The position numbers were made by a program, and so were the translations under genes. Source: Trichomonas gallinae (lineage: Eukaryota). From it: 33,237 bases of DNA. The notes under the pieces were generated by a model. That model saw nothing but the letters and a program-made list of their open reading frames with translations, was not told the origin of the DNA and searched no databases. Below are positions 21,330 to 32,900 of this stretch, piece by piece (position 1 is the stretch's first letter; each line of letters starts with the position of its first letter). Location: positions 1 to 33,237 of the forward strand of contig MRSU01010675.1 in NCBI GenBank assembly GCA_008369845.1. The letters run 5' to 3'.

Positions 21330-22597
21330 TATTTTTTTATTTGTTAATACAAAAATTTCAATAATTTGAATACAAGAATTTGTCTGAGTTAAAATTGAAT
21401 GTCAAATGATCTTGTCTGCATACTAATGATATTTATACTAAAATTAGTACTCTCTATATTTTGAATTAGTTATCAATTATTGAATAAAACTTCAGAAATT
21501 CATTATCTTTTACTTTCAAATTTTGTTTACAATTATTGCTCCAACAAAAATAAACCAACAACATAAGCTATTAAATCGAACTTTCTCTTTTAAAATATAT
21601 ATGCCCATTCAAATTGTTTTTTATGAATGGGTTATTTTGTTTGAAACCGATAGAAAAAGAAAAGTCTCTATAACTCAACAGCAAAAAGAAAAACACGGTA
21701 GGTTAAATCTTCTTTTGAAAATGAGGGAAACAAATAATTTTTGCGGTGCCTTCATTCTGATCAAAAGGAACATAAATATGAAATAAACTTGATTTTATTT
21801 AATGGTTATAATTTGTGAGAGAATTTTCTGTGGAGGTCATCCATAGAGAATAATAACTCTCATATATCAAGGAAATGAATAAATTCAGGTAGAATCATTG
21901 ATTATTTTGATGAAAACATGCTTTTTTTTGTATGAATTTTCATTGATAATAGAAACAATTTAATTAAACAAAAAGCTGTTGGGCTTGTATCTATTAACAA
22001 TTATACTTTTAATTAGCGAATATTGGTATTACAGGGAATATTATGCAAGATTGAGTTTGAAAAGTTTATTTTTATCGGAATAAAACTATTAATGACATTA
22101 CTGTTGACATTTTTGGAACTTTTATGGCCAATTCTTTGAATCATCATTTGAATTTCAAATTTTTTCGATCAAGAGCTAATATCCGCTTAAACCATTAGGG
22201 TTCTTAAGACATCTAATTCATATTCTTTTAATCCATCCCTAAAAATTTATTCAATATCAAAATGTAGCAAACTTTTGTGAAGATTTTATTTTGATCAGCG
22301 TTTAACAGATTAAAAAATCTGGAATAATACCATATTCATTAATAAAATGATAATTCTAGTGGTTCTGTCTCTTATTTCAAGGAAATAAAAAATCGAAAAA
22401 ATTAATTCTTCAAAAATCAATGAATTAGTTGGGCTAAACTACATGAATCATTGAAACATTACTGATTGAAAGTTAAATTCAACGATTAAACGAAAATTGT
22501 AAATTCAAAAACGTGAAAACTAAAAATTGTCAAACATTTTAACAATATATCAATATAGTATAATAATACTTCAAGAGGAATGAATTAGATTTGATGA

Positions 22598-23812
22598 TTA
22601 CCATAAAAGATAATCAATATAAAGTTGTACATCAAAACTGTTGGGACCACAAATGTAAAGTCGATTGTTTGTGCGGAAAATGAAGTCAAATTCGCGAGGA
22701 CAATAAGTATGCCAGAGAGATGCTGATTGAGAAACAGATGCATTGATGCAAATGTTGTCAATTGAGTTTACAAAGCCTCCTTTGTGTCCATGAAGTGCCT
22801 GAGCCCACCAGCCATAACGAGATCCAAAAGTATGAATAATATTTTTCGATGAAATGAGTTTGCGAAGTCCACACACTAATGATGTTTCGTCTGTTAAGTA
22901 GTATGGCTCATTTAACGATCCAAATGCGAAATTGTCTGGTTGTTTGTTAGAAACAACAAATGCGTTGCCTGCGACGCCGCAGCGTCCAACATAGCCTTCA
23001 AAGCGTCCAGGAGATAACATTGAAAATGAATGGAAGTCCCATGCTTCAACGCCAAATTCGTATTTAGAATTATAACAGTTAGCAATTGGTTTTTGAGTAG
23101 ATCCGAACAGATAGTTGCCAAGGAAATAAGCAGCATGAAATCCAAAATTGTTTCTTAAGAATAGAGCAACTTCGTGATGAGTATACATAACTTGTGGCCA
23201 GGATGAATTGGCAATAATAATATTTTCTTTGTTTGTATTGAAATTTGCGCAACTAGCTTTATAATCGCCAGGTACTATGTATCCATTATAGGATTCTGGA
23301 GGAGATTCGAAATAATGTGGTAATTCGAATGGAAAATCATCTGATTTTACGCGAATATTACGTCCTGTAGCCATTGCTATAGATAGTCCTTGATATAACT
23401 TTGACATTTTATCAGCTAATTGTTGTCTACTATTCTGGACAATAACGTATCCTTTAGTTTTTTGAGCTTTAACGCTTTCTTCGTATTTTTTAATTGCTCT
23501 ATATGCTCTAACTACCTCGAAACATGACACTTCGCTTTCAGGATCTGAACATTTTTTGTAGCCATTCGACCACGTTGGTAATTTAAGAAATATTTCTGCT
23601 TCTTCTACTTCGTATGATGGCGCTGATTTATTAACAATAGGAAAGCTCATATCAAAACCAATGCTTTCCTTATTTGAATATGAATTTTCATGATTTAAAG
23701 CAAAACTCTTTGATATAGCTCTTCTGGAATCAATAACTGTCTGGAAAAACGCAAGTAGCAGCAATGATGCAATAACAACTACTTTTATTGCTGATTCAGC
23801 CTTAGGCACCAT
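22598..23812 (-). CDS. Type II membrane protein, divergent fucosyltransferase-like glycosyltransferase
   Basis: N-terminal TM anchor; QLADKM...SIAMATGR and HTFGSRYGWWAQAL resemble alpha-1,2/1,6-fucosyltransferase superfamily motifs. The true start is ATG 23812, directly after AAAGTGAC, not GTG 23818. Confidence 0.75.
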   Translation of the reverse strand: MVPKAESAIKVVVIASLLLLAFFQTVIDSRRAISKSFALNHENSYSNKESIGFDMSFPIVNKSAPSYEVEEAEIFLKLPTWSNGYKKCSDPESEVSCFEVVRAYRAIKKYEESVKAQKTKGYVIVQNSRQQLADKMSKLYQGLSIAMATGRNIRVKSDDFPFELPHYFESPPESYNGYIVPGDYKASCANFNTNKENIIIANSSWPQVMYTHHEVALFLRNNFGFHAAYFLGNYLFGSTQKPIANCYNSKYEFGVEAWDFHSFSMLSPGRFEGYVGRCGVAGNAFVVSNKQPDNFAFGSLNEPYYLTDETSLVCGLRKLISSKNIIHTFGSRYGWWAQALHGHKGGFVNSIDNICINASVSQSASLWHTYCPREFDFIFRTNNRLYICGPNSFDVQLYIDYLLW

Positions 23813-23813
23813 T

Positions 23814-23821
23814 GTCACTTT
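23814..23821 (-). promoter_or_regulatory. AAAGTGAC (M2-type) motif
   Basis: Minus strand reads AAAGTGAC-A-ATG. Confidence 0.65.
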
Positions 23822-24793
23822 TATTATTTACAAGTCAAAACGTCAAAAATTCAAAACCTGAATCTACACGAATCAGTGCGTTCATTCTTTTTCTCCCTTA
23901 TATGTATCCACCGTTATGTCTATTGTCATATAACATGGAAATCAGCCTGATTGAAGTCAATTCCTTCAACATTCAAATGCCATGGCATGATTTCATTTCG
24001 TTTTAAGCTAGTATTAGTGATATTATTAGGTCCTTATACATTTTACAAGCTTAAATATGATATTCTAAACTTTACCAAATTCAACAAAATAAATATCTAT
24101 TGAATCATGTATTTACCATCAAAAACATAAGTTTATGGTGTTACTTGTTGTTTTATAGCTACATTTTGGTCATTGTGTAAATTGATCATCTCTTTGATAG
24201 AAAAATATCAAGTAGAACATAAATGTGTATTGTAATTTCGTGTTATACAATGCATTAAATACAGTTCCATGATTTAATAAGTTCATATTGTCTTTATTTG
24301 GATTTTCTAATTTAAAATGATGAAGAAGATGCACAAAAAATCATTGATAACTCATAAAGTCATGGAATAATAGCTGTTGCAGCAGCACCGCTAGGTAGAC
24401 AAACAATTATTTCAAAATGAATTCGGAATTTTGAAATGGAAATTATGTAGTCGTTTTATTACTTTTAGTAATGCAAAATGATTATGTCAGTAGCTCTATT
24501 TTGTATAAAAATATAAAAAAAAGTGTTGATGCACGTTAGGAATAAAAAAAGATCAGATGGCCAACTTTCAAATTTAGTTGTAAAATGGGATTATTAGATG
24601 TTGTCGCTAAACAAAAGCAAAATTATAGCTTTTGAATGGATAATATTTTAGAACTGTTAAACTCAAAAATATAACATAAAATACATTTCTCTGCTAATAA
24701 GAATAAAAATTTGAATTAAATCGCTTCATTCAAAAAAATTTACGATAACCATTTTTGTTATCAAAATTTAATCGCTAAATAATAGAAAAATAA

Positions 24794-25729
24794 ATGGAGC
24801 ACTTGTCTCTGTATAAATCAGCTCAGAGTAGCAGAATCCCTGCATTTGGTGATCTTGTTTTATCTCCGAAGTCTTCGAGTATGTCTTACACTTCAAGAAG
24901 TTTGATTACAATTCGATGCCAAGAGTTGAGACATTTGATTGATTTGTATAATTCAACACTTGAAAAATACCAAAGTCTCATGTTTAGGATGCCTTCAAAT
25001 ACTTTCCCTTCTGATTTCCCAAAATCGTTTTCAGATTTCCGTGATTCATTCGAGATATTCATCAAAACTATCGAGCCTTATATCTCAGAAGCTCGTGCAA
25101 ATGGTGTTGGCGAGAAGAAAATCATCAAAATTATTAATCTAGCATCTACATTGAATGAAAAGTTGTCCGCGTTCTTGCGAGTATCAACAGTATTCAGCAA
25201 TACTGGAATGGATGAATTAACAAAGTCCGTTGAATGCTCATTCCAAACTTTGTTCAAAGTCAATAATTCTTTAAACATCGCTATCAAGCAAGACACTACG
25301 GGAAACAAAGATTTGGTTGCAAAAGAGACTGATTTATGCAAAAACACATACAAAGCTTACAAATTAATAAAATCTATTTTGGAAGAAAACGGAAAGGCAG
25401 AAATTTTGGACAGTGATGCAGAGAAATTGAAGAAACTTGTTTCCTCTATTAATGCTGATGGGTCTGATTTGCTCAATAGCAATATTATTGAAAAATCTTC
25501 GATTAGAACAATATTAATGGATTTCAGGAGAACATATTCTACCAATTGCGGATTTATTCAGTCATTGATCGATGTCTTGTTGATTTTCAATGAATCGATC
25601 TCTCAAATCAAATTGAACTTCATGCTCTGGCTAAAATGTTCAATAACGTTATCTATCAATGCAAACTCCCTTGTAAGATTGATATGGAAAACAAATTATC
25701 TTCAACAATGTAATATGATTTTTTCATGA
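24794..25729 (+). CDS. Hypothetical helical protein, probable frameshift near 25610
   Basis: Long helical ORF; after ~25610 the -1 frame (IELHALAKMFNNVIYQCKLPCKIDM, stop 25713) looks more protein-like than the annotated tail. Confidence 0.75.
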   Translation: MEHLSLYKSAQSSRIPAFGDLVLSPKSSSMSYTSRSLITIRCQELRHLIDLYNSTLEKYQSLMFRMPSNTFPSDFPKSFSDFRDSFEIFIKTIEPYISEARANGVGEKKIIKIINLASTLNEKLSAFLRVSTVFSNTGMDELTKSVECSFQTLFKVNNSLNIAIKQDTTGNKDLVAKETDLCKNTYKAYKLIKSILEENGKAEILDSDAEKLKKLVSSINADGSDLLNSNIIEKSSIRTILMDFRRTYSTNCGFIQSLIDVLLIFNESISQIKLNFMLWLKCSITLSINANSLVRLIWKTNYLQQCNMIFS

Positions 25730-26215
25730 AATTAAAATGTTATTTTTAACTCTTTTATGCATTCCATTGTTATAACAAGGAAACAACAAGCCTTGTTATT
25801 ACATAGCGCTTAATGAAATCAATGATTATAATCTTGCTCGGTCGAAATATACAGTTGTATTATGTATAACTTTGAATTTATACTCTATATAGGTAGTAGA
25901 TAAATTTTTTGTTGTTATTTTGGTCTAAATTATGACTGATTGAGATTCAAATCGAAATTGACGATAGATCGATATTTGGTCGGATTTGTCAGTTTAATTT
26001 TTAAGGTTTTAAAATGAAAAATATAACAAGAATGTCAATAGGCAATGATTGTTTTGAGTTTTTTCAAATTTTGAATTTTAAATGCAAAAGCATATAATAA
26101 TGTCATCTGCTGCTTTATATCACCAAAAAAAGTTTGATAAATTCAACTCAATATCAAATTTTTTATTAAATCATAATATTGACTACTGTTGATATTGAGT
26201 AATGTATTTTCACAA

Positions 26216-26560
26216 TAATTTCAGAAAAATATTGGTCAAATTCAAGAAAAAAAATTGAATATGTGAATCAGAAATAAAAATCAAATATCATGTATCCTTG
26301 GCATTATATTTTTCTTACGATTTTAGAAAAATACACAATAAATTCAAGGATATGATTGGATTTTTGATAAAAAGTTGATATCCATATATTATCTACAATA
26401 AGCGATCTATTTTTCTTCAAATTTCAGAAAAATTTTGGTCAAATGCAAGGAAAGTTAATTTTTAACTATGTTTAGAGTTAAAAATTATATTTAAATTCAA
26501 AATTCAGAAAAATAGTGGATAATTTCAAGAAAAAGAAGAAAGTTTTGATAAAAATATGAA
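26216..26560. repeat. Degenerate 80-105 bp direct repeat (~4 copies) upstream of the AGC kinase
   Basis: TTTCAGAAAAAT.TTGGTCAAAT.CAAG at ~26219 and ~26423, with weaker copies at ~26321 and ~26502. Confidence 0.6.
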
Positions 26561-26634
26561 ATTTGATTGGAATATGTGGTTATTCAGTCCATTTCCACTA
26601 AAATTTCATTTTTTATTTTTCTCAAAAAAAAATT

Positions 26635-27960
26635 ATGGCGGAGGAATCAGCAACAATAAAAGGTGTTTTAAAGCAAAAGCACGGCTTTGACGGCAACTGG
26701 AAGACATGCTTCTGCGAGCTGCGCGACAAAGTTATGGCAATTCACGAGGATTTGGAAGATTCGCCAGTGGAGCGCGAATTAAATATCACGCCTTCCGTCG
26801 TAATTCACATCATAAGAGACACGCTGCCGACCAGGTTTACCATTGAAATGGATGACGAGCCAATTTACATGTTTTCTACTGAGACAACAGCGGAAACTTT
26901 GAATTGGGTCCATCATTTGAGGAGTCTGACGTATACAACCGATAAACTGTCCATGGATGACTTCAATATCATATGTGTAATAGGAAAAGGCCGATACGGA
27001 AAAGTCATGCTTTGCGAGAAAAAAGAAACAGGCGAAAAATTTGCTGTTAAAGCCGTAAAGAAAAGCGCCCTGCAAAAGTCACAGAATTTCATGGCAATTA
27101 TGTCCGAAAGAAATAACTTAATGCGGACCAATTTTCCATTTATCGTGAAAATTAAATTCGCTTTCCAAACACCGACAAAATTTTACATAGGTATGGAATA
27201 TATACCAGGAGGCGAGTTATACCACATTCTTTACAACAACGATATCAAAATTTCCGATTGCAAATTATATCTGGCCGAAATTGCCCTTTCTCTGCAGTAC
27301 TTACATACTCGTGGTATCATATATCGTGACCTTAAGCTCGAAAATATCATGGTTGGTGCCGATGGTCACATAAAATTAGTTGATTTTGGATTATCGAAAG
27401 ATTTGTCGGTTTCGAACGAAACATCCACATTTTGTGGAACAATACATTACGTGGCGCCTGAATTGATCCTCCAAAAGCCTTATAGCTATCAAATTGATTG
27501 GTGGGCCTTCGGAATCATCACTGCGGAGATTCTTTTCGGCGAATGCCCATTCTACGATACGAATCCAACAAAAGAAATGGAAAGAATCGTTAAGTCGCCG
27601 CCTGTTTTTCCTGATGAAGAAGATTCAGTGGCCAAAGACTTCATTTCACGCTTTTTAGTCAAGCGTCCAAGCAAGAGAGCGAAGATTGAAGATGTCATGA
27701 ACCATCCATTCTGGGAGGGAATTGATTTCCAAAAAGTTTTGGAAAAAATGTACAAACCACAGTTTATTCCTAAGCTGAATGATATCAATGAGAATTTTGA
27801 CAAAGAGTTCACTAACTGTCCGGCAGTGGATTCCTTCTCAAGCCCAGTTAATGAATCCAAAATTGATATTTCAGGATTTTCTTTCTCGGAAGATGAAGAT
27901 GTCGAAGAAGAGATCTGTCCATCATCTATTCTGACTCTGGAATTAATTGATCCAAATTAA
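26635..27960 (+). CDS. AGC-group kinase with N-terminal PH domain (PKB/Akt-like architecture)
   Basis: PH-like N-terminus (KGVLKQK...W...NWVHHL), GKGRYG, YRDLKLEN, DFG, TFCGT, C-tail NFDKEF and hydrophobic motif SGFSF. Inr TCATT at 26606. Confidence 0.93.
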   Translation: MAEESATIKGVLKQKHGFDGNWKTCFCELRDKVMAIHEDLEDSPVERELNITPSVVIHIIRDTLPTRFTIEMDDEPIYMFSTETTAETLNWVHHLRSLTYTTDKLSMDDFNIICVIGKGRYGKVMLCEKKETGEKFAVKAVKKSALQKSQNFMAIMSERNNLMRTNFPFIVKIKFAFQTPTKFYIGMEYIPGGELYHILYNNDIKISDCKLYLAEIALSLQYLHTRGIIYRDLKLENIMVGADGHIKLVDFGLSKDLSVSNETSTFCGTIHYVAPELILQKPYSYQIDWWAFGIITAEILFGECPFYDTNPTKEMERIVKSPPVFPDEEDSVAKDFISRFLVKRPSKRAKIEDVMNHPFWEGIDFQKVLEKMYKPQFIPKLNDINENFDKEFTNCPAVDSFSSPVNESKIDISGFSFSEDEDVEEEICPSSILTLELIDPN

Positions 27961-29118
27961 TTTTATTTTGTTTTTTTATATTTTTCTATCTTGTTGTCTG
28001 TAAATATTATAATATTCACGATATTTGCATTTTAATACTATATTTATAATCCGCTATGATTATAGACTGATATTTAATCAAAGCATTATCAAAAATATAA
28101 CAAATGACAAAATACTGCCTAAAAATGAATTTACAAGACCATATATTATTGATTGATAAAAGGTAGATACATTATTACTTAAAGATTATTTGATCAAAAA
28201 TATTTTAATTAAATCTGTTGACATCTCTCGAAATATAGCCTTATATTTTAAATGTTTATCAATATATAATTGTTTGAATCATTGTTTCTAGAAAAATTGA
28301 TTTGGAATCCTAAAAAGTATAAAGTTTATATCAGTTATATCTAATGTATGTGTTGAAAGATGTCATATTCCAACTTAGAATTGATGATTTGTGATTAATG
28401 ATTTCAGATGATCGATTTTTTATGAGAAATATGAAATCTATCAGAATTTACTACCTTATCTATTTGAGTTTGTTATATCCCCTGGAGTAAAAGTCTTTAA
28501 TCATCTTTTGAATTAGTTTTCAGGACGATTTTATTAAATGAAATGTTTTTTCAACACCTAAATCTCTGAACTATGTTCTAATCCAATATAAACATGTAAC
28601 AACAGCGTAATCTACAAATTAATGTGTAATCCAAGTGTTATCTTTACAAAAATGAGTGTATGAAATTGGATCAGCATATTTAATAATGAGTATTCCAATG
28701 GTAAGATTATTACATGGAATACGCTGATATAATGTTTTTTATGACAAAAAAATTCAATTTCAAAATTTGAAAAGTGAAACCATAATTTTGCTCTTTGTTT
28801 TGTGGTGTTAAATTTTAAGAGAGAAAAATAATCCATAACCTTACATTAATGTAAAAAATATTCGTTTTTTTTTATTTATTTATCATTCTACTTAATTGGA
28901 GCAATATTATTGATCTATGATAATTGTGTATTTTTATATAATTGAGAACCAATACAAAAATTGAGAAAACTTTTTATATTTTACATTTTTTGATTACATT
29001 ACTTATATGTATCGATAGATTATATATTATAGAGTAAAATATCAAAATATGCAAAATTGAATTGCTTACCTATGGATTGAGAGCAATTTAGTCTTATGTG
29101 TCAATTTCATATTTTTTA

Positions 29119-30405
29119 ATGAACAACAACGAGGTTGACGTCGCAACAGCATCAAAAGAACTCGGGAAGTACATCGACAATGGAACATTGTTCGAAACAT
29201 TCCCCGAATTCTCAACAGTTTTAAAAATCATCAAAGAAGGAAAGATAAGCATTACTCAAGGCACGAATCTCCTTGAGCAGTGCAGGAAACTGCAGGGCAT
29301 GCATCATACAATTGACGTTTTCAGGGGCTGCAACATCGATTTCGGTGATGATATCGATAAAGTTATGTCTTTCACATTATGTGCGCACAAAACACTTAAA
29401 TCCAGGCCATTCAAGTCCCTCAATGCATTCATGGCTCATCTCAATGATGTCATCAAGGCATTGAGAAAGGACATTGCTGACTTACAAGCAGAAAACATGA
29501 GATTGAAGCAGCAGAACACTTCATCAGATGATGGAATGATAAAGATGGGCTCATTGTTGCAAGACTTGATTTCTGGAAACGCCAATATCAAGAAGGACCT
29601 CCAGTCTAAAGAAGAAGAACTCAGAGAGCTGAGAATGTTGGTTGCAATCAGAGAAAAGAATGTTAGGGATAAGAAACTGAAAATAAACATGCTCAATGAA
29701 ACAATCAAGCAGAAAGACGAGAAAATCAAGGAAATGAAAGACAAGTTAGACAACAAGAATGAAGAGCTCACACTCAAGAATGACCAAATAGCCAAGTTGG
29801 AGGCACAAATTGTCGAACTCAAAAAGTTAATTCCTGAAGGAAACCAAGAGAAAAACTCAAACTCGCATAAAGACATGAACCTTGATGAACTCAAAGCCTG
29901 CAAGAAAGACACGAAATTCTTCGACAAGATCTATGGATTGCTCTCTAAGTGTTCGAAAGAGACAGACACAAAGTGCCTCAAGTATGCTGTCAACAACGGC
30001 TACGCGAACATCAAAGACAACCACGGAATGAACGTAATTCTCAAAGCAGCAGACAAAGGGAACTTTTTGCTCGTCAAATCATTGCACGAAGCTGGAGCTG
30101 ATATATATGCAAGAGACAAAGATGGATGGTCTGTGCTTCACCAGTTCTGCCAGTCCGGCTGTTTGGATGGTGTCAAGTATTCATTGCAGTTCATCGACGT
30201 GAATGACACGACAAACAATAGATGGACTCCTCTCCACATTATTGCTTACTACGGACGTGTTGAATGCGCTGAGTATTTGTGCAACTTGAACAACATCAAG
30301 AAGAACGAGTACAACGACAAGAAGAGGACACCACTCAAGCTCGCCCAGATGAACTGCGAGCATGTTGTTGCGGAAATCTTAAGATGGTATGGATGCACAA
30401 TCTAA
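29119..30405 (+). CDS. Coiled-coil plus ankyrin-repeat protein
   Basis: Central heptad-rich region and C-terminal ankyrin repeats (GWSVLH, WTPLHIIAYYG, RTPLKLA). Start ATG 29119 after Inr TCATA at 29107, rather than GTG 29098. Confidence 0.9.
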   Translation: MNNNEVDVATASKELGKYIDNGTLFETFPEFSTVLKIIKEGKISITQGTNLLEQCRKLQGMHHTIDVFRGCNIDFGDDIDKVMSFTLCAHKTLKSRPFKSLNAFMAHLNDVIKALRKDIADLQAENMRLKQQNTSSDDGMIKMGSLLQDLISGNANIKKDLQSKEEELRELRMLVAIREKNVRDKKLKINMLNETIKQKDEKIKEMKDKLDNKNEELTLKNDQIAKLEAQIVELKKLIPEGNQEKNSNSHKDMNLDELKACKKDTKFFDKIYGLLSKCSKETDTKCLKYAVNNGYANIKDNHGMNVILKAADKGNFLLVKSLHEAGADIYARDKDGWSVLHQFCQSGCLDGVKYSLQFIDVNDTTNNRWTPLHIIAYYGRVECAEYLCNLNNIKKNEYNDKKRTPLKLAQMNCEHVVAEILRWYGCTI

Positions 30406-30845
30406 AATTCGATTGCCCTAAAATACCATGCTACAATGAAGTAGCAATTTTATTGTTTTTTGGATTATATTTTTGATTGCTTTTAATTAAAAATAAGTCA
30501 TATAATTGTATCCCTATTATTAGATAAATATATATCAAATTTTACATGTAATTGAATTTTTCATTACAAATTTTGTTGTCAATAAAAATAATTATATATT
30601 CATTCAACTATAAATTTCTATACTATTTTAAATTCTTGATATGAATAAGAGCATATTCATAAATCAACAGCATTACCTGGGTATTAAATAATATATGCTG
30701 TCGATATGATAACAAGAAATGTAGTAACGATATCTTTGAACTCTGCTGATTCTGTCCTGGTTCATGTTTCAAATACAAGAGATGTGAAAAGCATATTATA
30801 TCTAAAAAAATGTTTATTGAGTAGAAAAACGTGGCACTGAGTATT

Positions 30846-31109
30846 CTAAACTTTTGCGTTGACATCTTTTCCAGGAACTGTTAGAAGTATTTTGACAACT
30901 TCATGACGACCATAATATAAAGCTAAAATCAATGATGTTTCATTGTATTTGTTTTTTGCATTCACATCTATTCCAGGAGCTATGAGATATAGTTTGACAA
31001 CTTCATGCTGACCGTTTACTGAAGCATTCATCAAAACTGTATCTTAGCAATAGTTTTTTGGGTTGACATCTATTCCAGGAACTGTGTGAAGGAGTTTGAC
31101 AACTTCATT
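30846..31109 (-). pseudogene. Ankyrin-repeat fragment (three 102-bp repeats)
   Basis: EVVKLLHTVPGIDVNPKNYC*DTVLMNASVNGQHEVVK...HEVVKILLTVPGKDVNAKV*; GAAGTTGTCAAA recurs with an exact 102-bp period; in-frame stops and no N-terminus. Confidence 0.85.
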
Positions 31110-31250
31110 AGTGATACAATGTATAATAGAATGTTATAAAATGGATTATTGTTCCATTCATAACTATCATTTTCTAATTATTTCCATTACTATTGACAAA
31201 TTATATAATAACATTCAAAATATGTTACGAATTAAATATTCAATACACTT

Positions 31251-32900
31251 TTAATCGTTGATACTGAGACTAGATTCAGTATCTAATATACTCGAAACAA
31301 TTTCACCAACACTTATATCATTCAGCGTGCTCTGTATCTTCGAATCGATCTCAGAGTCGTCATCATCAGAAATTCCCTCAATCAGCCTGTTAATTGCGCT
31401 CGTGTCAATACTCGATGCATCATTGTTATAATAGCTGCTCACAGCACTAGAAGGCGAGTAGCTTCCAGTTATCTGGCTTCCGGACGTCGTCACCAGTTCA
31501 CCATCATCGGAGAGCATTGATGCCAAGTCGAGGGAGCTCAAATCTTCGACGTCTGAAGGAAGCGCGAAAATTGTTCCCAGCGGCGGAATTTCTATGCCTT
31601 TCCTCTGCGGCTGTTTAGGCTGCTGCTGAGGCTGTGGCTGCGGCTGCTTAGGCTGAGGAGGTGGAGTATCTAAGTCCATGAAAGGTGGCTCTGGTGTCGG
31701 CTGTGTGATCAATTGCGGCTGACTAAAGTTGTTCTTACTGCCGATTTCAAGTTTCGGTCTGACGTCGAAAGACTCGCGTACGATCGTCTCCAGCTGGAGA
31801 GTCTGCTTCTGTTTAGGTGCTGGAGTCGGGGAGACTATGTCGTCCTTGTGGCCGCTGTCGTCGATGCGCAGAGAAGGCGGAAACTCGAATTCTGGCCTGT
31901 CGATGTTGAACGCTGTGCCGATTCTGACTGGAGGCTTGTCTGGCACCGGATTGGAAACAGCCGGTCCTGGGGATATATATAATGGGTTTTCTGACTTTGG
32001 AGGCTGTTTAACTGGGTCGATTGTTGGACCTTGTTTTGAAACAAGAGTTCTGAGCGAAATTCTGCCTTGTGTCTGCGTTCCATTGTCCACAGTATCTGCT
32101 GCTGAGCACTGAACTGTCGCTGTCGCCATAGATCTTTCAACTGATATTGATTTCGAAGGAATATCAGGTTTAAGCTGCGGTGCTGATGGTGATGTTGCGC
32201 TGCTCATCTGTGGCTTCTTATATGCATCTAAATCAGGAGCATCTCTCAATATTTGGTTAACAAATTGCAATAAAAGATCTCCTAGGGCTTCCTCTGAAGG
32301 CATGGACGAAGCTGTAAGTGGAGCATCGTTTATAATGCTCTGTATAAGCTCCATGCATCGTGCTTCATACTGAGGAAGCAATGCTTCTGTATTTGTTGCT
32401 TCATTTCGTTTTCTTGTTTCTTTCGTATTTGTTGCTTGTGTGTCGTATTGAATAACTGGTTTTACATTCTGCTGCTCGAAAATTTGGATCGGAAAATGAT
32501 ATGTTGTCGTTAATTGATTTTTATAACTTTGCGTGTCGCGATCTACCAGTGCAACAGGCGGTTTATGTGGAGTTTTCTGCTCCTCTGGCTCTTCTGACTT
32601 CTTTTCTTGTTTTTCTTGTGGAATTTTAGTGAATTTCGAGAAAATAAATTGATTTGTTAGCGAGAAAGTTCTTTGTCTGACTGGTATTAAGTCTTCTGAC
32701 GGTTCTTCGTACAATTCTGTCTCGTCTATCTTGTATTTCTGATTGATTCTGTTGAGTTGATCTTGCGGAATATCTAATTTCTGCGGAATGAATTGGCTAA
32801 GAAAGTCATTTCCGCTGTCGATCGCAATCTCTCGCCTAGCCTTTAACTCATTCAGCGATGAAACTAAATCTTGAATGATTGGTTTATAATTTTTCGACAT
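31251..32900 (-). CDS. Hypothetical Pro/Gln/Ser-rich, largely disordered protein
   Basis: Long GC-richer ORF. Start probably ATG 32900 (MSKNYK), since the upstream extension to 32960 is AT-rich and overlaps a promoter-like motif. Confidence 0.85.
   Translation of the reverse strand: MSKNYKPIIQDLVSSLNELKARREIAIDSGNDFLSQFIPQKLDIPQDQLNRINQKYKIDETELYEEPSEDLIPVRQRTFSLTNQFIFSKFTKIPQEKQEKKSEEPEEQKTPHKPPVALVDRDTQSYKNQLTTTYHFPIQIFEQQNVKPVIQYDTQATNTKETRKRNEATNTEALLPQYEARCMELIQSIINDAPLTASSMPSEEALGDLLLQFVNQILRDAPDLDAYKKPQMSSATSPSAPQLKPDIPSKSISVERSMATATVQCSAADTVDNGTQTQGRISLRTLVSKQGPTIDPVKQPPKSENPLYISPGPAVSNPVPDKPPVRIGTAFNIDRPEFEFPPSLRIDDSGHKDDIVSPTPAPKQKQTLQLETIVRESFDVRPKLEIGSKNNFSQPQLITQPTPEPPFMDLDTPPPQPKQPQPQPQQQPKQPQRKGIEIPPLGTIFALPSDVEDLSSLDLASMLSDDGELVTTSGSQITGSYSPSSAVSSYYNNDASSIDTSAINRLIEGISDDDDSEIDSKIQSTLNDISVGEIVSSILDTESSLSIND

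Noticed and set aside
29436..29927. Antisense or overlapping ORFs inside real genes (also 1382, 3550, 5517, 7123, 26779, 27552, 31713-32140)
   Set aside because: Shadow ORFs explained by codon bias of the sense gene.
30891..31106. Regularly spaced 102-bp repeats as a CRISPR-like array
   Set aside because: The whole unit is homologous and translates into 34-aa ankyrin repeats.
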